64,000 bases of DNA. It comes from a virus. This document shows positions 27,427-36,700 of this stretch, in pieces; position 1 is the stretch's first letter; each line of letters starts with the position of its first letter. The notes beneath the pieces are model-generated. The model saw only the letters and a list, made by a program, of their open reading frames with translations. It was not told the DNA's origin and did not search any database. Made by a program: the position numbers and the translations under genes. The stretch spans positions 37,736 through 101,735 of IMG/VR virus record IMGVR_UViG_3300012036_000004. One strand, given 5' to 3'.

Positions 27427-28436
27427 AGGTACGCCTTCGCGCTGTTGTAGAAAATGTTCTGGAGATCAGCAGGCAGCGTTTCCATCATGGCGATGAGCTG
27501 CTTGGGGTCGGCGTTGCCGTCTGCGCCTTTGACGTGTTGCATGACATCAGGGCCGAGGACTTCTTCCATGAGCTCCGTTGGCAGCGCCTGGAGCTTCCGA
27601 ACGGGTACCTGGTTTCCGGCAATCGTCGCAGTCGCCTCAGCGACTTTGTCCATGTTGAACACCGTCTCGACCGGGTCGAGAAGCGTGCGCCCGTACCGCG
27701 GCGCCATCTTGGCCTTGATGTCGAGGTTCTCGAGGATAGACGCGATCTTGACGAGGTCTTCACGCTCTCGAAGGATACCGTCGTGCGGGACATTCTCTGA
27801 GAGATACACAGCGACCTTCTCGTAGTCGCTTCGCAGCTCTTTGGTCGGAGCAGCGACAGCACGTGCCTCCACCCAATCCGCCAGGACACCTACGTCGCAC
27901 GTCGTCAGACCTGCGTACTTGTAAATATCCGTTGGGAGTGAACTCTGCGGCAGGTTAAATGCCGCTGCTTTCTTCACGAGACCTGTTGCGGCCTTCATCA
28001 CCGAAGGCATAGTGAGCTTGTAGCGCTGCGACAAGAGTGCATTCGCGACCGGCTCGACATGAGCGGCTTCCTTCACCAACAATGCCTTGTGTTGTGGTAG
28101 AAGGTAGTGAGACGACTCATCCTCGGCTTCTTTGGTCACCTGCTCTTCCGACGGGTCTTTCCAATCCACGCCGTAGAGATCGAGTGCCTTGTCGATGCGC
28201 CCCATAACATCGTCAGAAACGTACGCCGCTTGCTTGACTGCGTACAGCTTTGACAGGAGCGCCTGCTCCGGGGAGTGCACTGGAAACAATCGTGAGTCCT
28301 GATCTGCGAACGACGTGGACGGTACAGACTTTCCGTCCAGCGATGCAGTCTTGGCTCGAAGAACCTCGCGCGGAAACTCCCTCTTCAGTTGAAAGAGGAG
28401 TCGATGCTGCGGGTCCGTAAACTGATCAACAATCAT
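27423..28436 (-). CDS. Hypothetical protein with repeated K-x-A motifs (possible head protein)
   Basis: 337 aa; KTAS, KQAA, KEAE, KEAA, KKAA, KVAV, KIAS, KVAE. Confidence 0.65.
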   Translation of the reverse strand: MIVDQFTDPQHRLLFQLKREFPREVLRAKTASLDGKSVPSTSFADQDSRLFPVHSPEQALLSKLYAVKQAAYVSDDVMGRIDKALDLYGVDWKDPSEEQVTKEAEDESSHYLLPQHKALLVKEAAHVEPVANALLSQRYKLTMPSVMKAATGLVKKAAAFNLPQSSLPTDIYKYAGLTTCDVGVLADWVEARAVAAPTKELRSDYEKVAVYLSENVPHDGILREREDLVKIASILENLDIKAKMAPRYGRTLLDPVETVFNMDKVAEATATIAGNQVPVRKLQALPTELMEEVLGPDVMQHVKGADGNADPKQLIAMMETLPADLQNIFYNSAKAYL

Positions 28437-28447
28437 AGGGAGAACCC

Positions 28448-30154
28448 ATGCGAATGAATGACGACAAAAGCCCGCTTAAAGTAGCAGAGCAAGAGGGCAG
28501 TGAGCAAGCAGTACGAAAGGAAGACCCCTTTCGTTCCTGGATTCTGTTCTTCTTGCACAGCTCGACGCAAGCAAAGAATCCGAGGCTGAGCTTCTACGCC
28601 CGCGTGCTATCCGGCATGCAGACTCACGCAACGAAGCAGGTCGGCTACATGGCCGTCGGCTTTCTGCACGGCAGCTACGTGCTGCTGTACAACCCCGAGT
28701 GGACCCGGCGAACAACCTACACGGAGTTCGTCTGTACGCTCGCGCACGAATCGATGCACATCATTCTGCGTCACATCCCGCGAAGTATGCGCCGTCTCGC
28801 AGTTCTCGACCCGAACGATCGAGCCGCTGCGCACCACATCATGAATGTGGCTATGGACGCGACGCTCAACGAGCAGATCGAGCGACACTTTCCCCACATG
28901 CGGACCGGTGCTTCCGGTTACTGGGTTTTCCCAGAGCCGCTGGGGTTGCCTAAAAACGCTGCGTTCGAGGACCTCTTCGAAATCATGTGGAGTTACCGCC
29001 AGGCCCTCATGCAGCGCATGCAAGAAATTCTGGAGGAACGGAAGCAGAAATGCGACGAAGAGGGACAAAGCACCCCGGCGCCAGGCGGCGAAGAGGAAGG
29101 CGACGGCGAGGGTCAGGGTCAAGGCGACGGCGAGGGTCAGGGTCAGGGTCAAAGCCAGGGCGACGGTCAGTCCGGCTCCGGCTCCGGCGAGAGTCAGAAG
29201 TCTCAGGACTCCTGGGCTCCAGGTACCGACGCCTTCGAGAATACCGCCCAGGCAATGGCCGACCTCGCGGAGGCAGGGGCACACGAGTGGTCGATTCGAC
29301 CGGCCGAAGACGGGCAGCCCACCGGAGAGTCGGACGCAGACTACTCTGGCATGGACGCCGGAGAGCTCGACGCCAATGCGACGCTTCTGGAAGAAGCCGG
29401 AAAAGAGCTGGTTAAGCACGCGGTACGTGAGCAAGAAAACGCGCGCGGTACCGTACCGGCCGACCTTCGCGTCGAGATTGACGCCATGCTCGAAGAGCCA
29501 ATCGTGCCATGGGCACGTCTACTCAAGAACATGGTTGTGGCACGTATGCTTGCTCGGCGAAAAAATACCATGACCCGTCCACACAAGCGGCGCCACATTC
29601 TGTGGTTCTTCAATGAGGACACGGGCCTCATTGAGCGATACGCGCGTGCCATTCCACAGTACCCCGGACATACCCGGGACCGCACGTACGTCGCTCTCTT
29701 CGCCATCGACACCTCGGGCTCGATGTCCGAGAACGACATCAAAGAGGGCCTCTCCGAAATGAAAGGAATCCTCGACGCGTATGAGGATGCGCATCTCATC
29801 GCCGTTCAGTGCGACACGCGCATCTCCTCGGTGGAGGTCGTTGGGCCCGACATGGATGTTGACGAGTACGTCAAAACCATCGGCCGCACGTCATACGGCG
29901 GCACGACGTTCGACGACCCGTTCATGCTTGCGAACTACATTCGCGACGAGGGCAGGCCACCTCGCCTTCCGAACCCAGAAGAGACGCGGCGTCTTCTGCG
30001 CGACTACGACACTGTCGACGTGGTGGTCTACCACACCGACGGTTACGCCCCGATGCCCAGCGACAAGGTGCGCCCCAGTTGTCCGACCATCTGGCTCACG
30101 ACCAGTAACTCGCGCACTTCGGACATTTCATTTGGACACGTCATCGAGAGGTAA
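28448..30154 (+). CDS. HExxH metallopeptidase-like + vWA domain protein (DUF2201-like, MoxR partner)
   Basis: LAHESMH, NVAMD..LN, G/Q-rich linker, MIDAS IDTSGSMS, GGT.F, HTDGY. Confidence 0.85.
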   Translation: MRMNDDKSPLKVAEQEGSEQAVRKEDPFRSWILFFLHSSTQAKNPRLSFYARVLSGMQTHATKQVGYMAVGFLHGSYVLLYNPEWTRRTTYTEFVCTLAHESMHIILRHIPRSMRRLAVLDPNDRAAAHHIMNVAMDATLNEQIERHFPHMRTGASGYWVFPEPLGLPKNAAFEDLFEIMWSYRQALMQRMQEILEERKQKCDEEGQSTPAPGGEEEGDGEGQGQGDGEGQGQGQSQGDGQSGSGSGESQKSQDSWAPGTDAFENTAQAMADLAEAGAHEWSIRPAEDGQPTGESDADYSGMDAGELDANATLLEEAGKELVKHAVREQENARGTVPADLRVEIDAMLEEPIVPWARLLKNMVVARMLARRKNTMTRPHKRRHILWFFNEDTGLIERYARAIPQYPGHTRDRTYVALFAIDTSGSMSENDIKEGLSEMKGILDAYEDAHLIAVQCDTRISSVEVVGPDMDVDEYVKTIGRTSYGGTTFDDPFMLANYIRDEGRPPRLPNPEETRRLLRDYDTVDVVVYHTDGYAPMPSDKVRPSCPTIWLTTSNSRTSDISFGHVIER

Positions 30155-30155
30155 C

Positions 30156-30863
30156 ATGCTGAAACTCAAGATTTCCCGGCGCAACGTCCCCGAGTTGGTG
30201 CCGTTCACTGTCGTGTACCTGTACAAAGAGGACGAGCGCGAAGCCATCCGCGCTGCGTTCCCCGCCCTGTTCGAGTTGAGACCCTCTCAGTTGAGGCTCA
30301 AGAACTGGGCGCAGGTGCACGTTCACTCTCAAGAACCCGGATGGAACCACGATGCCCCCGCCTACGAAGACAAGCATGCAGACACGCTCATCGAAGTCCT
30401 GCCTGAGTTCTTCGAGATCGAGTCGGACTGGTACATGGCTGTGCCGACCGTACTGATGTCTGGCTGGCCTCGCATCAAGGAGGCGGAGCGTAGCTCAGGT
30501 GATCCGCTCGACGCTCCGCCGCCTCGGGGTCCTTCCGGTCATGGATCTCCGAAGTACTTCGGTCACCGCTCTGCAGGGAATTGGCGCGGCCGTCGAAACC
30601 AGCCGCCGCGACCTGAGCCCCAAGTCCTGCTCGACCCTGTGCTTGCTGTACAGGGTGAGCCCGACCGAGGCGTCTGCTCTGAGTGTCCTCGATACGCGCA
30701 TAACGCCGCCGGTCGATGTTTCTTCGGCGATCCGATCTGCGCCAAGCATGTGCACACCATCGCCGGTCCAACCTTTCTGCAGCACCTCGCTGCGTACCTA
30801 GAAGAAAACGGAGAATCAGATGACGTACCAGGCAGGGAGTCTAGTCTCCCTGGCGATTCCTGA
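30156..30863 (+). CDS. Hypothetical protein with C-terminal Cys cluster, upstream of RT
   Basis: ATG 30156 after GAGAGG; CSECPRY...C...C..H; overlaps the RT start by 44 nt. Confidence 0.65.
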   Translation: MLKLKISRRNVPELVPFTVVYLYKEDEREAIRAAFPALFELRPSQLRLKNWAQVHVHSQEPGWNHDAPAYEDKHADTLIEVLPEFFEIESDWYMAVPTVLMSGWPRIKEAERSSGDPLDAPPPRGPSGHGSPKYFGHRSAGNWRGRRNQPPRPEPQVLLDPVLAVQGEPDRGVCSECPRYAHNAAGRCFFGDPICAKHVHTIAGPTFLQHLAAYLEENGESDDVPGRESSLPGDS

Positions 30864-31884
30864 GGGATTGCCAGACGGCATGCCCGCCGTATTCGACGAC
30901 ATGAGCTTCGCACTGTCGTTGGGGCTGCAGAACCGAACGGTTTGGTGGCTCATACACGCATCGAAAATCGACTGCATCGCAGCAGGAAGGGGAGCCTACG
31001 ACGTATTTCGGGTTCCCAAAAAAAGCGGCGGGTCTCGCCAAATTCACGCACCTCGAGCCACGCTCAAGCGAGTCCAGCGTGTCCTCTTGCAGGTCTACTT
31101 CAACAAACTCCCGGTCGGTGACTGGGTCGGAGCCTACGTCCCTGGCCGGGACATGGTTTACTCCGTAAACAAGCACACGAACAAAGATGTGGTCGTCTCG
31201 CTCGACCTGTCCAATTTCTTCGGCTCCACCAAGCGGACGTGGGTTCGTGAATGGCTCGAAGGCCTGGGCTACGGTATGGAGGTCGTCGTGCCAATGTCGG
31301 GTCTGATCACCGTGCCAGTTCGTCGACGCCATGGTGTGACGTACGTCGTACCTCAGGGCGCACCCACGTCCGGCGCGGTCACTAACCACGTGGCTTCTGC
31401 TCGACTCGACGCGCCTTTGATGGCGTACCTGGAGAATGCAGGTCTGACTGACTGGGACTACACCCGGTACGCTGACGACCTGACGATCTCGTACAATGGG
31501 TTTCTCCCCAAAGACGAGTTTGATGTGTTCATGGAGGGGGTACGTCAGGTCGTCAAAGACTCTGGCTACTATCTCAACCACAAGAAGACCCGCGTCGCCG
31601 TGTCGCGTCCCGCAGAGAGCGCTCCGCAGCGTATGCTCGGCATGAGCATCCACAAAAAGCCCAACGTCCCCCGAGAGAAGAAGCGCCTGTTGCGTGCACG
31701 TGTTCACCACATGGTGACGCAACGACACCCCTGCTACGACGCGGACAACATCTTTGCCGCGTCCCGTCAGCGATCGCAGGCGCTGGATAAACTCTTCGCG
31801 GAGCTCAGATACTGGGTCCGCATTTCCCCTCAAACAATCGAGCCGCTTTTGACGCAGCTCGAGGAGACATTTCCTAACGAATGA
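30820..31884 (+). CDS. Retron-type reverse transcriptase
   Basis: PKKSGGSRQIHAP, LKRVQR, AYVPG, DLSNFF, PQGAPTSG, YTRYADDLT, KTR, MLG in the VTG position; 354 aa, no maturase or endonuclease domain. Confidence 0.9.
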   Translation: MTYQAGSLVSLAIPEGLPDGMPAVFDDMSFALSLGLQNRTVWWLIHASKIDCIAAGRGAYDVFRVPKKSGGSRQIHAPRATLKRVQRVLLQVYFNKLPVGDWVGAYVPGRDMVYSVNKHTNKDVVVSLDLSNFFGSTKRTWVREWLEGLGYGMEVVVPMSGLITVPVRRRHGVTYVVPQGAPTSGAVTNHVASARLDAPLMAYLENAGLTDWDYTRYADDLTISYNGFLPKDEFDVFMEGVRQVVKDSGYYLNHKKTRVAVSRPAESAPQRMLGMSIHKKPNVPREKKRLLRARVHHMVTQRHPCYDADNIFAASRQRSQALDKLFAELRYWVRISPQTIEPLLTQLEETFPNE

Positions 31885-33569
31885 TGGACTACGAAGATGA
31901 AGATTTCTACTTCTGCGGGACTCACGTCGAGTACGCCGAGGAGTATCGCCCTGAGCATTGTTCCGACGATTTCCGCCCCGAAGACGCCTCTGAAGATTGG
32001 TCTCCGCCAAGAGAAGCTCCGTCTTCCTACCGAACGCGGCAAAAAGCGCCGCTGGTGGCGCTCAGCATTCCGCCTCGAGTCGAGGACCCGGAGAAGAGAA
32101 CCATGGCGTTGCTTGAGGAGATGCAATCACGCATGCGCGCTGAGTTTAGTCTCGACTTCGATCCGACGCTCTATCTCACTCTCCTGCCTCGCGTTCCCGG
32201 GCAGCTTTACCGGTGGATCAACCAGGACCGGTTGCGCGATTTCTACGACAATCACACGCATCCGGGCGTCGACATCTACCGGAAAAAGAATGACCAAAAC
32301 GAATGGGTCTACGCGAAGGCATCCGTCGCACCGCTCCGGTTTGACGAGTCCTGGCAGGCAGTCATCCATTTCGATCCGGCTGTGTTCGCGACGGAAGACT
32401 GGCGAGCAGGGTTTTCTGAGTACGCAATTCACGCCCTGTATCAGGGCGAGCTTCACTCCGTGTCTTTCCAAGACATGCACGACGCCTGCCCTCTCATCGG
32501 GGTCCTCATCGACCCTGGCTTCGATAGCTGCGTAGGCTGCGCACACAACGATATATTCTGCCGAACTCGATTCCTCCGGGAAGCTTTGGACGCCGTGAGC
32601 CCCGACATCCTGGATCGCACGCTCTGGTTCCGGCAATGGCGGCTAGGTAGCGGAGCAGTCAGTCTTCGAGGCGACGCCAGGTGGTCCTCGAAGCAGGTGT
32701 CCAACTTCCTGGATAAAATCGACATCGACGGGTGGTACGGAGTAAGCACCAACGCCGTCAACGCAGGTCGGGACAGCTCGATCTCCCGGATAAAGATGGC
32801 GTGGCCGTCCGTTGATCGTCAGACAAAGAAGAGACGTGATGCAGCGAAAAAAGGCGCCAAGACACGCAAGGCACATGACGAAGTGTGCGGCAGAGGCGAC
32901 GAGGCCTGCGTGCTTAGAAAGTACGACTGCATGGCGTGGAGAGGCTACAGCGTGCGGTGCACGCACCGACGGCAGCACGAAGACGAGCTCAACGAAGAAG
33001 CACTCGCGCGGCTTTCGAAAATGGGTCAGAAGACGCCCGTTCACGAGATCCAGCGAAGCGCTGTGCTGAAAATGAATGAGTTCTCCTACGTCGCCGACAC
33101 AGGACGTATTCGAACCGGTTACTTCGCGGGCGTCTCACGTCCACGCAGCCAGGGTAAAGTACTCTGGCGCATGATGCGCGGCACGCAGCGAGATCGCATG
33201 CTCTACACCTTCCCAAGCTGGGAAGCCATGCGTCGGTGGTTTCGGCGATGGGCTCCTTGGGAGCTTTCACAGCTTGATGAGGCAGATGCTCGAGCCGAAG
33301 AGATCGAAGTCTCTGACCTGATACGGTGCGTGTTCTACGCCGCTCAGAGCATGACCAGCATCAAGGTCAGCGGAGGTTTCGGGGGCTCGTCTTACGCCGT
33401 GGAGTGTTACGAGCCTATCGTATCAACCCGAGACGACGGCACGTCTTACGTCACCGCCGTCATGCCTCAGGGCGGCGGCTACAGTCTCGGACTCCTCAAG
33501 AACATGAAAGATTTCTGGCATGTCCACCGGCGGGGCTTCACACGTCAAGACGGGATTTTGCCTGCATGA
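31881..33569 (+). CDS. Hypothetical protein translationally coupled to RT
   Basis: 562 aa, ATGA overlap with the RT stop, Cys clusters. Confidence 0.7.
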   Translation: MMDYEDEDFYFCGTHVEYAEEYRPEHCSDDFRPEDASEDWSPPREAPSSYRTRQKAPLVALSIPPRVEDPEKRTMALLEEMQSRMRAEFSLDFDPTLYLTLLPRVPGQLYRWINQDRLRDFYDNHTHPGVDIYRKKNDQNEWVYAKASVAPLRFDESWQAVIHFDPAVFATEDWRAGFSEYAIHALYQGELHSVSFQDMHDACPLIGVLIDPGFDSCVGCAHNDIFCRTRFLREALDAVSPDILDRTLWFRQWRLGSGAVSLRGDARWSSKQVSNFLDKIDIDGWYGVSTNAVNAGRDSSISRIKMAWPSVDRQTKKRRDAAKKGAKTRKAHDEVCGRGDEACVLRKYDCMAWRGYSVRCTHRRQHEDELNEEALARLSKMGQKTPVHEIQRSAVLKMNEFSYVADTGRIRTGYFAGVSRPRSQGKVLWRMMRGTQRDRMLYTFPSWEAMRRWFRRWAPWELSQLDEADARAEEIEVSDLIRCVFYAAQSMTSIKVSGGFGGSSYAVECYEPIVSTRDDGTSYVTAVMPQGGGYSLGLLKNMKDFWHVHRRGFTRQDGILPA

Positions 33570-33570
33570 A

Positions 33571-34626
33571 TCAGGGAGGCGTGTAGTTAGGACAGAGCGC
33601 CACGATGTCGGATAGAAGCTGTGCCTGCTCCTGCTGGAGTGTGGCCAGCACCGACGATATCGTGGCCTCTGCCTGCGCGCACGTTTCTTTATCTGACAGA
33701 GCCTGATTGACCTCATTCTGAGCGTCGTCACGTGCAGTAGTCTGCGCTGCGACTCGGGTCCCAATCTCAGAAGACTCAGCAATTGCGACCTGGATGGCCG
33801 TGTCGAACGTAATCTTTGCCGGCGCGTACTCGTCATAGTACCCCGAGTACAGCGTGCCTGCCGGGCCCGGCGGGTCACTCAGCAACTCGTCGTCCATGTC
33901 CTGGACTTCGGGTGCCGGGCTCATCGAACCTCGGTTCAATGCCCACGCTTCCAACGCAGAGACGACGTCTCCCGTCAGGTTCTCACTCACTGTCTTGAAT
34001 GCCTGCATCGCACTCAGTGCAGCGTTGATACTGGTCTGCGTACGCTTGAGCGCGTCGAGTGCAGCTTGCTGGTCGTCTCGAACCTGGAGCGCAACCTGAT
34101 AGGCCGCGTCGAGATCTGCGCAGTCCGCTGTTTTCTCCGTCAGGAATTCTTGCTGTGCCTCGACCTCTTCGGTCTTCGCCACGTAGTCTTCGATAAGCGG
34201 CGTCAGTACACCCACGGAAGGTTCTGGGAACTCGAAGATCTCTGGCGTCGGGTTCGCCTCAAACTGCGTGTCGTAGGTGATGTAATCATCGACCAGGGTG
34301 TTGACCTGTTCGGCAAGGAAATCCTTTGCCGTGATGGCTTCCTGGATGTCTTCGTAGACCTTGGTGACGACGCTGGTTCGGTAGAAGTCCTGGCCGTTTC
34401 GTAGCGCTGTGGGTCGGTCTATCTCCCACTCAAACAAGTCTCCCACGCCGGCAACTCGCTCGAGCTCGTCTTGTTTCGGGTCATCTGTCAAGACGATCCG
34501 CATCAAGAAGAACCCCGCATCTGGGACTTCTCCACGATCCGTGATCGCCATTTCCAATTCATACTTCGCGACCGCGTCACTGACGACGGCCTTTCGAAGC
34601 TGCTGTGCGAACGAGGAGGTAGCCAT
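33571..34626 (-). CDS. Hypothetical coiled-coil (probable virion) protein
   Basis: 351 aa, acidic, at the end of a late operon. Confidence 0.65.
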   Translation of the reverse strand: MATSSFAQQLRKAVVSDAVAKYELEMAITDRGEVPDAGFFLMRIVLTDDPKQDELERVAGVGDLFEWEIDRPTALRNGQDFYRTSVVTKVYEDIQEAITAKDFLAEQVNTLVDDYITYDTQFEANPTPEIFEFPEPSVGVLTPLIEDYVAKTEEVEAQQEFLTEKTADCADLDAAYQVALQVRDDQQAALDALKRTQTSINAALSAMQAFKTVSENLTGDVVSALEAWALNRGSMSPAPEVQDMDDELLSDPPGPAGTLYSGYYDEYAPAKITFDTAIQVAIAESSEIGTRVAAQTTARDDAQNEVNQALSDKETCAQAEATISSVLATLQQEQAQLLSDIVALCPNYTPP

Positions 34627-34985
34627 CAGGGCGTCGGGTCAATGGTGAGTGTGTCTGGCGTCAGAAACGTCGACAGCCCTGCTTCGTACGCGTCGACGAG
34701 CGAGCCCAGGTCCGCCTGCACTTCTGCCTTGGCTGCGTCTGCGGTGTCGATGTCGGGGTAATTCGCCGACGCCGTGGTCAATCGATACCACGCTTTTGTC
34801 GGGTCTTTGGAAGTCGGCCAGATGAGATCTCCAGGATTCGCGACATGGTCGAATTCTTCCGTAGAGAACTTGTGAACGAAAACTGCCGTCGGCATGTCAG
34901 TCGAGCCCGTCGCAGTCCACGTCACCGTGTAGCTGCCGTCGAGCTCGGCGGTGCCGACAACATCAACTATGATTTGAGCAGGCAT
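34626..34985 (-). CDS. Hypothetical (probable virion) protein
   Basis: 119 aa, GAGG RBS; resembles the N-terminal part of the downstream ORF (W..., YR...K/N.Y.DI..A..AK). Confidence 0.65.
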   Translation of the reverse strand: MPAQIIVDVVGTAELDGSYTVTWTATGSTDMPTAVFVHKFSTEEFDHVANPGDLIWPTSKDPTKAWYRLTTASANYPDIDTADAAKAEVQADLGSLVDAYEAGLSTFLTPDTLTIDPTP

Positions 34986-35038
34986 GGCGTATCCTCAGCG
35001 CGGTTTGCTCACTATATGACTTCGGCTCAGGAGGAGCA

Positions 35039-35620
35039 ATGAACAACCCGTCCGCTGACGCTACGACGTACGTCGGTATCGACACCGCGCTTGTAAACGT
35101 GGGTCTTTTTGCCTTCGAGCCCTACGCCTGGTTCCGCTACCTGCCGCTGAACTCCAGCAAACGGAAAGGCCCCCGGCGTCTGGCCTACTTACGCGACGCT
35201 ACCCAGGAGTGGCTGTCTGATCTACCTGCGATTCAATACGCCGCCATCGAAGACGGTGCATTCAGTGCTGCAGGTCGTCTTTACCAACTCGGCGGCATCC
35301 AGCATGTGCTTCAACTCGAAGCCTGGGCCCATCTGTCCGGCGGCCTCATCGAAGTGGCGCCTGCGCAGCTAAAGAAATTCCAGACAGGAAAGCCGGGCGC
35401 TCTCAAGGAGTGGATGGTCGAGGCTGCGAACGAATTCCTGTCTCGACATGCCGGCGGCCCAAAATGGCTCGATGTCGTCATCGAAGACGACAACCTGGCC
35501 GACGCCATTGGCCTCGCCCGAATCGCGCACGCGGTGTATACCGATAAGGTGCAAACACGTGCGGAAGCCGAAGTCGTGCACGCTCTACAAACCTCAACTC
35601 GAATCCATAAGGTGCCCTAA
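35039..35620 (+). CDS. ruvC: RuvC-like Holliday junction resolvase
   Basis: VGID, AIED, LKKF.TGK..A.K..M, DNLADA. Confidence 0.85.
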   Translation: MNNPSADATTYVGIDTALVNVGLFAFEPYAWFRYLPLNSSKRKGPRRLAYLRDATQEWLSDLPAIQYAAIEDGAFSAAGRLYQLGGIQHVLQLEAWAHLSGGLIEVAPAQLKKFQTGKPGALKEWMVEAANEFLSRHAGGPKWLDVVIEDDNLADAIGLARIAHAVYTDKVQTRAEAEVVHALQTSTRIHKVP

Positions 35621-35970
35621 TGGCCCACGATCGCCTTGACCATGTCAGTATTTTTCGCTCCGGCTCCGGCAGCGTCATCATCTCCAACGACACGCTCGGT
35701 CCCATCAACCAGACAACGGCGTGGCTCGTCGAGCATCTGGAGATGGCCCTCGCAGCCTACACCGGCTCGCCTGAAGAAAAGCACGAGATTCTCCATCCGA
35801 TACCCAAGCTGCCCTGGCGGACATCGTCTGGCGAGCGTCTGAACGCGCTACTCATCCGCCTGGCTCGTGTAAGCGATATTGCTGACGCGCTCCCCGCCGA
35901 GTGGTTTGAGGGTTTTCCGGTGAAAAGCGACGACATTTTCTGCGTGTCGCTGACACTGGTGAAGAACTAG
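35620..35970 (+). CDS. Hypothetical protein
   Basis: TAATG-coupled to RuvC. Confidence 0.6.
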   Translation: MAHDRLDHVSIFRSGSGSVIISNDTLGPINQTTAWLVEHLEMALAAYTGSPEEKHEILHPIPKLPWRTSSGERLNALLIRLARVSDIADALPAEWFEGFPVKSDDIFCVSLTLVKN

Positions 35971-36221
35971 GCCTTCGGCGAGTACCGATCGCAGATACCG
36001 TTCGGGTTGATGGAGCCCATCACAATGGCGCACGCCCCGTCCGGTTGGTAGTGGCTGCACTTCGCGCAGTTGGCGTCGGGGTGCGGCGAGCTATCCATGT
36101 ACGCGACGTCTTCGCGCGTGTACTGCTTGCTCTTTCGCTCAGCCGGTACGGGTTCATCCGAAGGGTCGCCGTGGTACGCAAGCTTCATGAAAAGATTGTA
36201 TCCCTGCTCGAACGCCGTCAT
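35967..36221 (-). CDS. HiPIP-like 4Fe-4S protein with shared N-terminal tag
   Basis: VAYMD...CAKCSHY...CAIVMGSINPNGICDRY (four HiPIP-pattern Cys); begins MTAFEQGYNLFMKLA. Confidence 0.75.
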   Translation of the reverse strand: MTAFEQGYNLFMKLAYHGDPSDEPVPAERKSKQYTREDVAYMDSSPHPDANCAKCSHYQPDGACAIVMGSINPNGICDRYSPKA

Positions 36222-36700
36222 TCAGATGCCTTGGATTGGATGTACACGCCTAGCCCGACGCCCGCGCCGAGCCCTACCACGAGTGCCGTGATGAGCCAGG
36301 GCAGTCCCCCGCCCCAGATCGACATCGCCTCTGCTTCGGCGGCTCGAGTCGTTGCGTCTTCATATTTTACGAAGAGCTCGCTGTATGCTGTCTCCCAGCG
36401 TACGGCGTCCTCTTCGTAAACGCCGGCAGCCTTCTCAGAAGCCGCGGCGCTCTTTTTTAGCTCAGACACGATCGCGGGCCACAATGTCATGTGTGCGTCG
36501 AAAAGCCACGCATACTGCACGCGCATCTGGAGGTACCGCTTGAAGTTTTCCTGGTCGAAGCACTTCATGGGCGGCTCGCCACACATCGTCGTACTTGGCT
36601 TCTCGACGAACTCGAGCTCAGGCGCACTGGCCGGCTCTTGCGCAAGGAGCGGTGCCGGGACCAGGAGCAAGACAATCAGAAGTGGCGCAACAAGCTTCAT
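36218..36700 (-). CDS. Secreted/membrane protein (possible spanin-like)
   Basis: N-terminal signal peptide, helical core, C-terminal TM segment. Confidence 0.5.
   Translation of the reverse strand: MKLVAPLLIVLLLVPAPLLAQEPASAPELEFVEKPSTTMCGEPPMKCFDQENFKRYLQMRVQYAWLFDAHMTLWPAIVSELKKSAAASEKAAGVYEEDAVRWETAYSELFVKYEDATTRAAEAEAMSIWGGGLPWLITALVVGLGAGVGLGVYIQSKASE

Noticed and set aside
29095-29195. GGTCAG/GGCGAC short tandem repeats (also the EKTK x3 repeat near 13700)
   Set aside because: These encode low-complexity protein linkers and are not independent elements.
30820-31884. RT as group II intron or DGR
   Set aside because: No maturase/endonuclease domain or interrupted host gene, no TR/VR pair noticed, and the motifs are retron-like.
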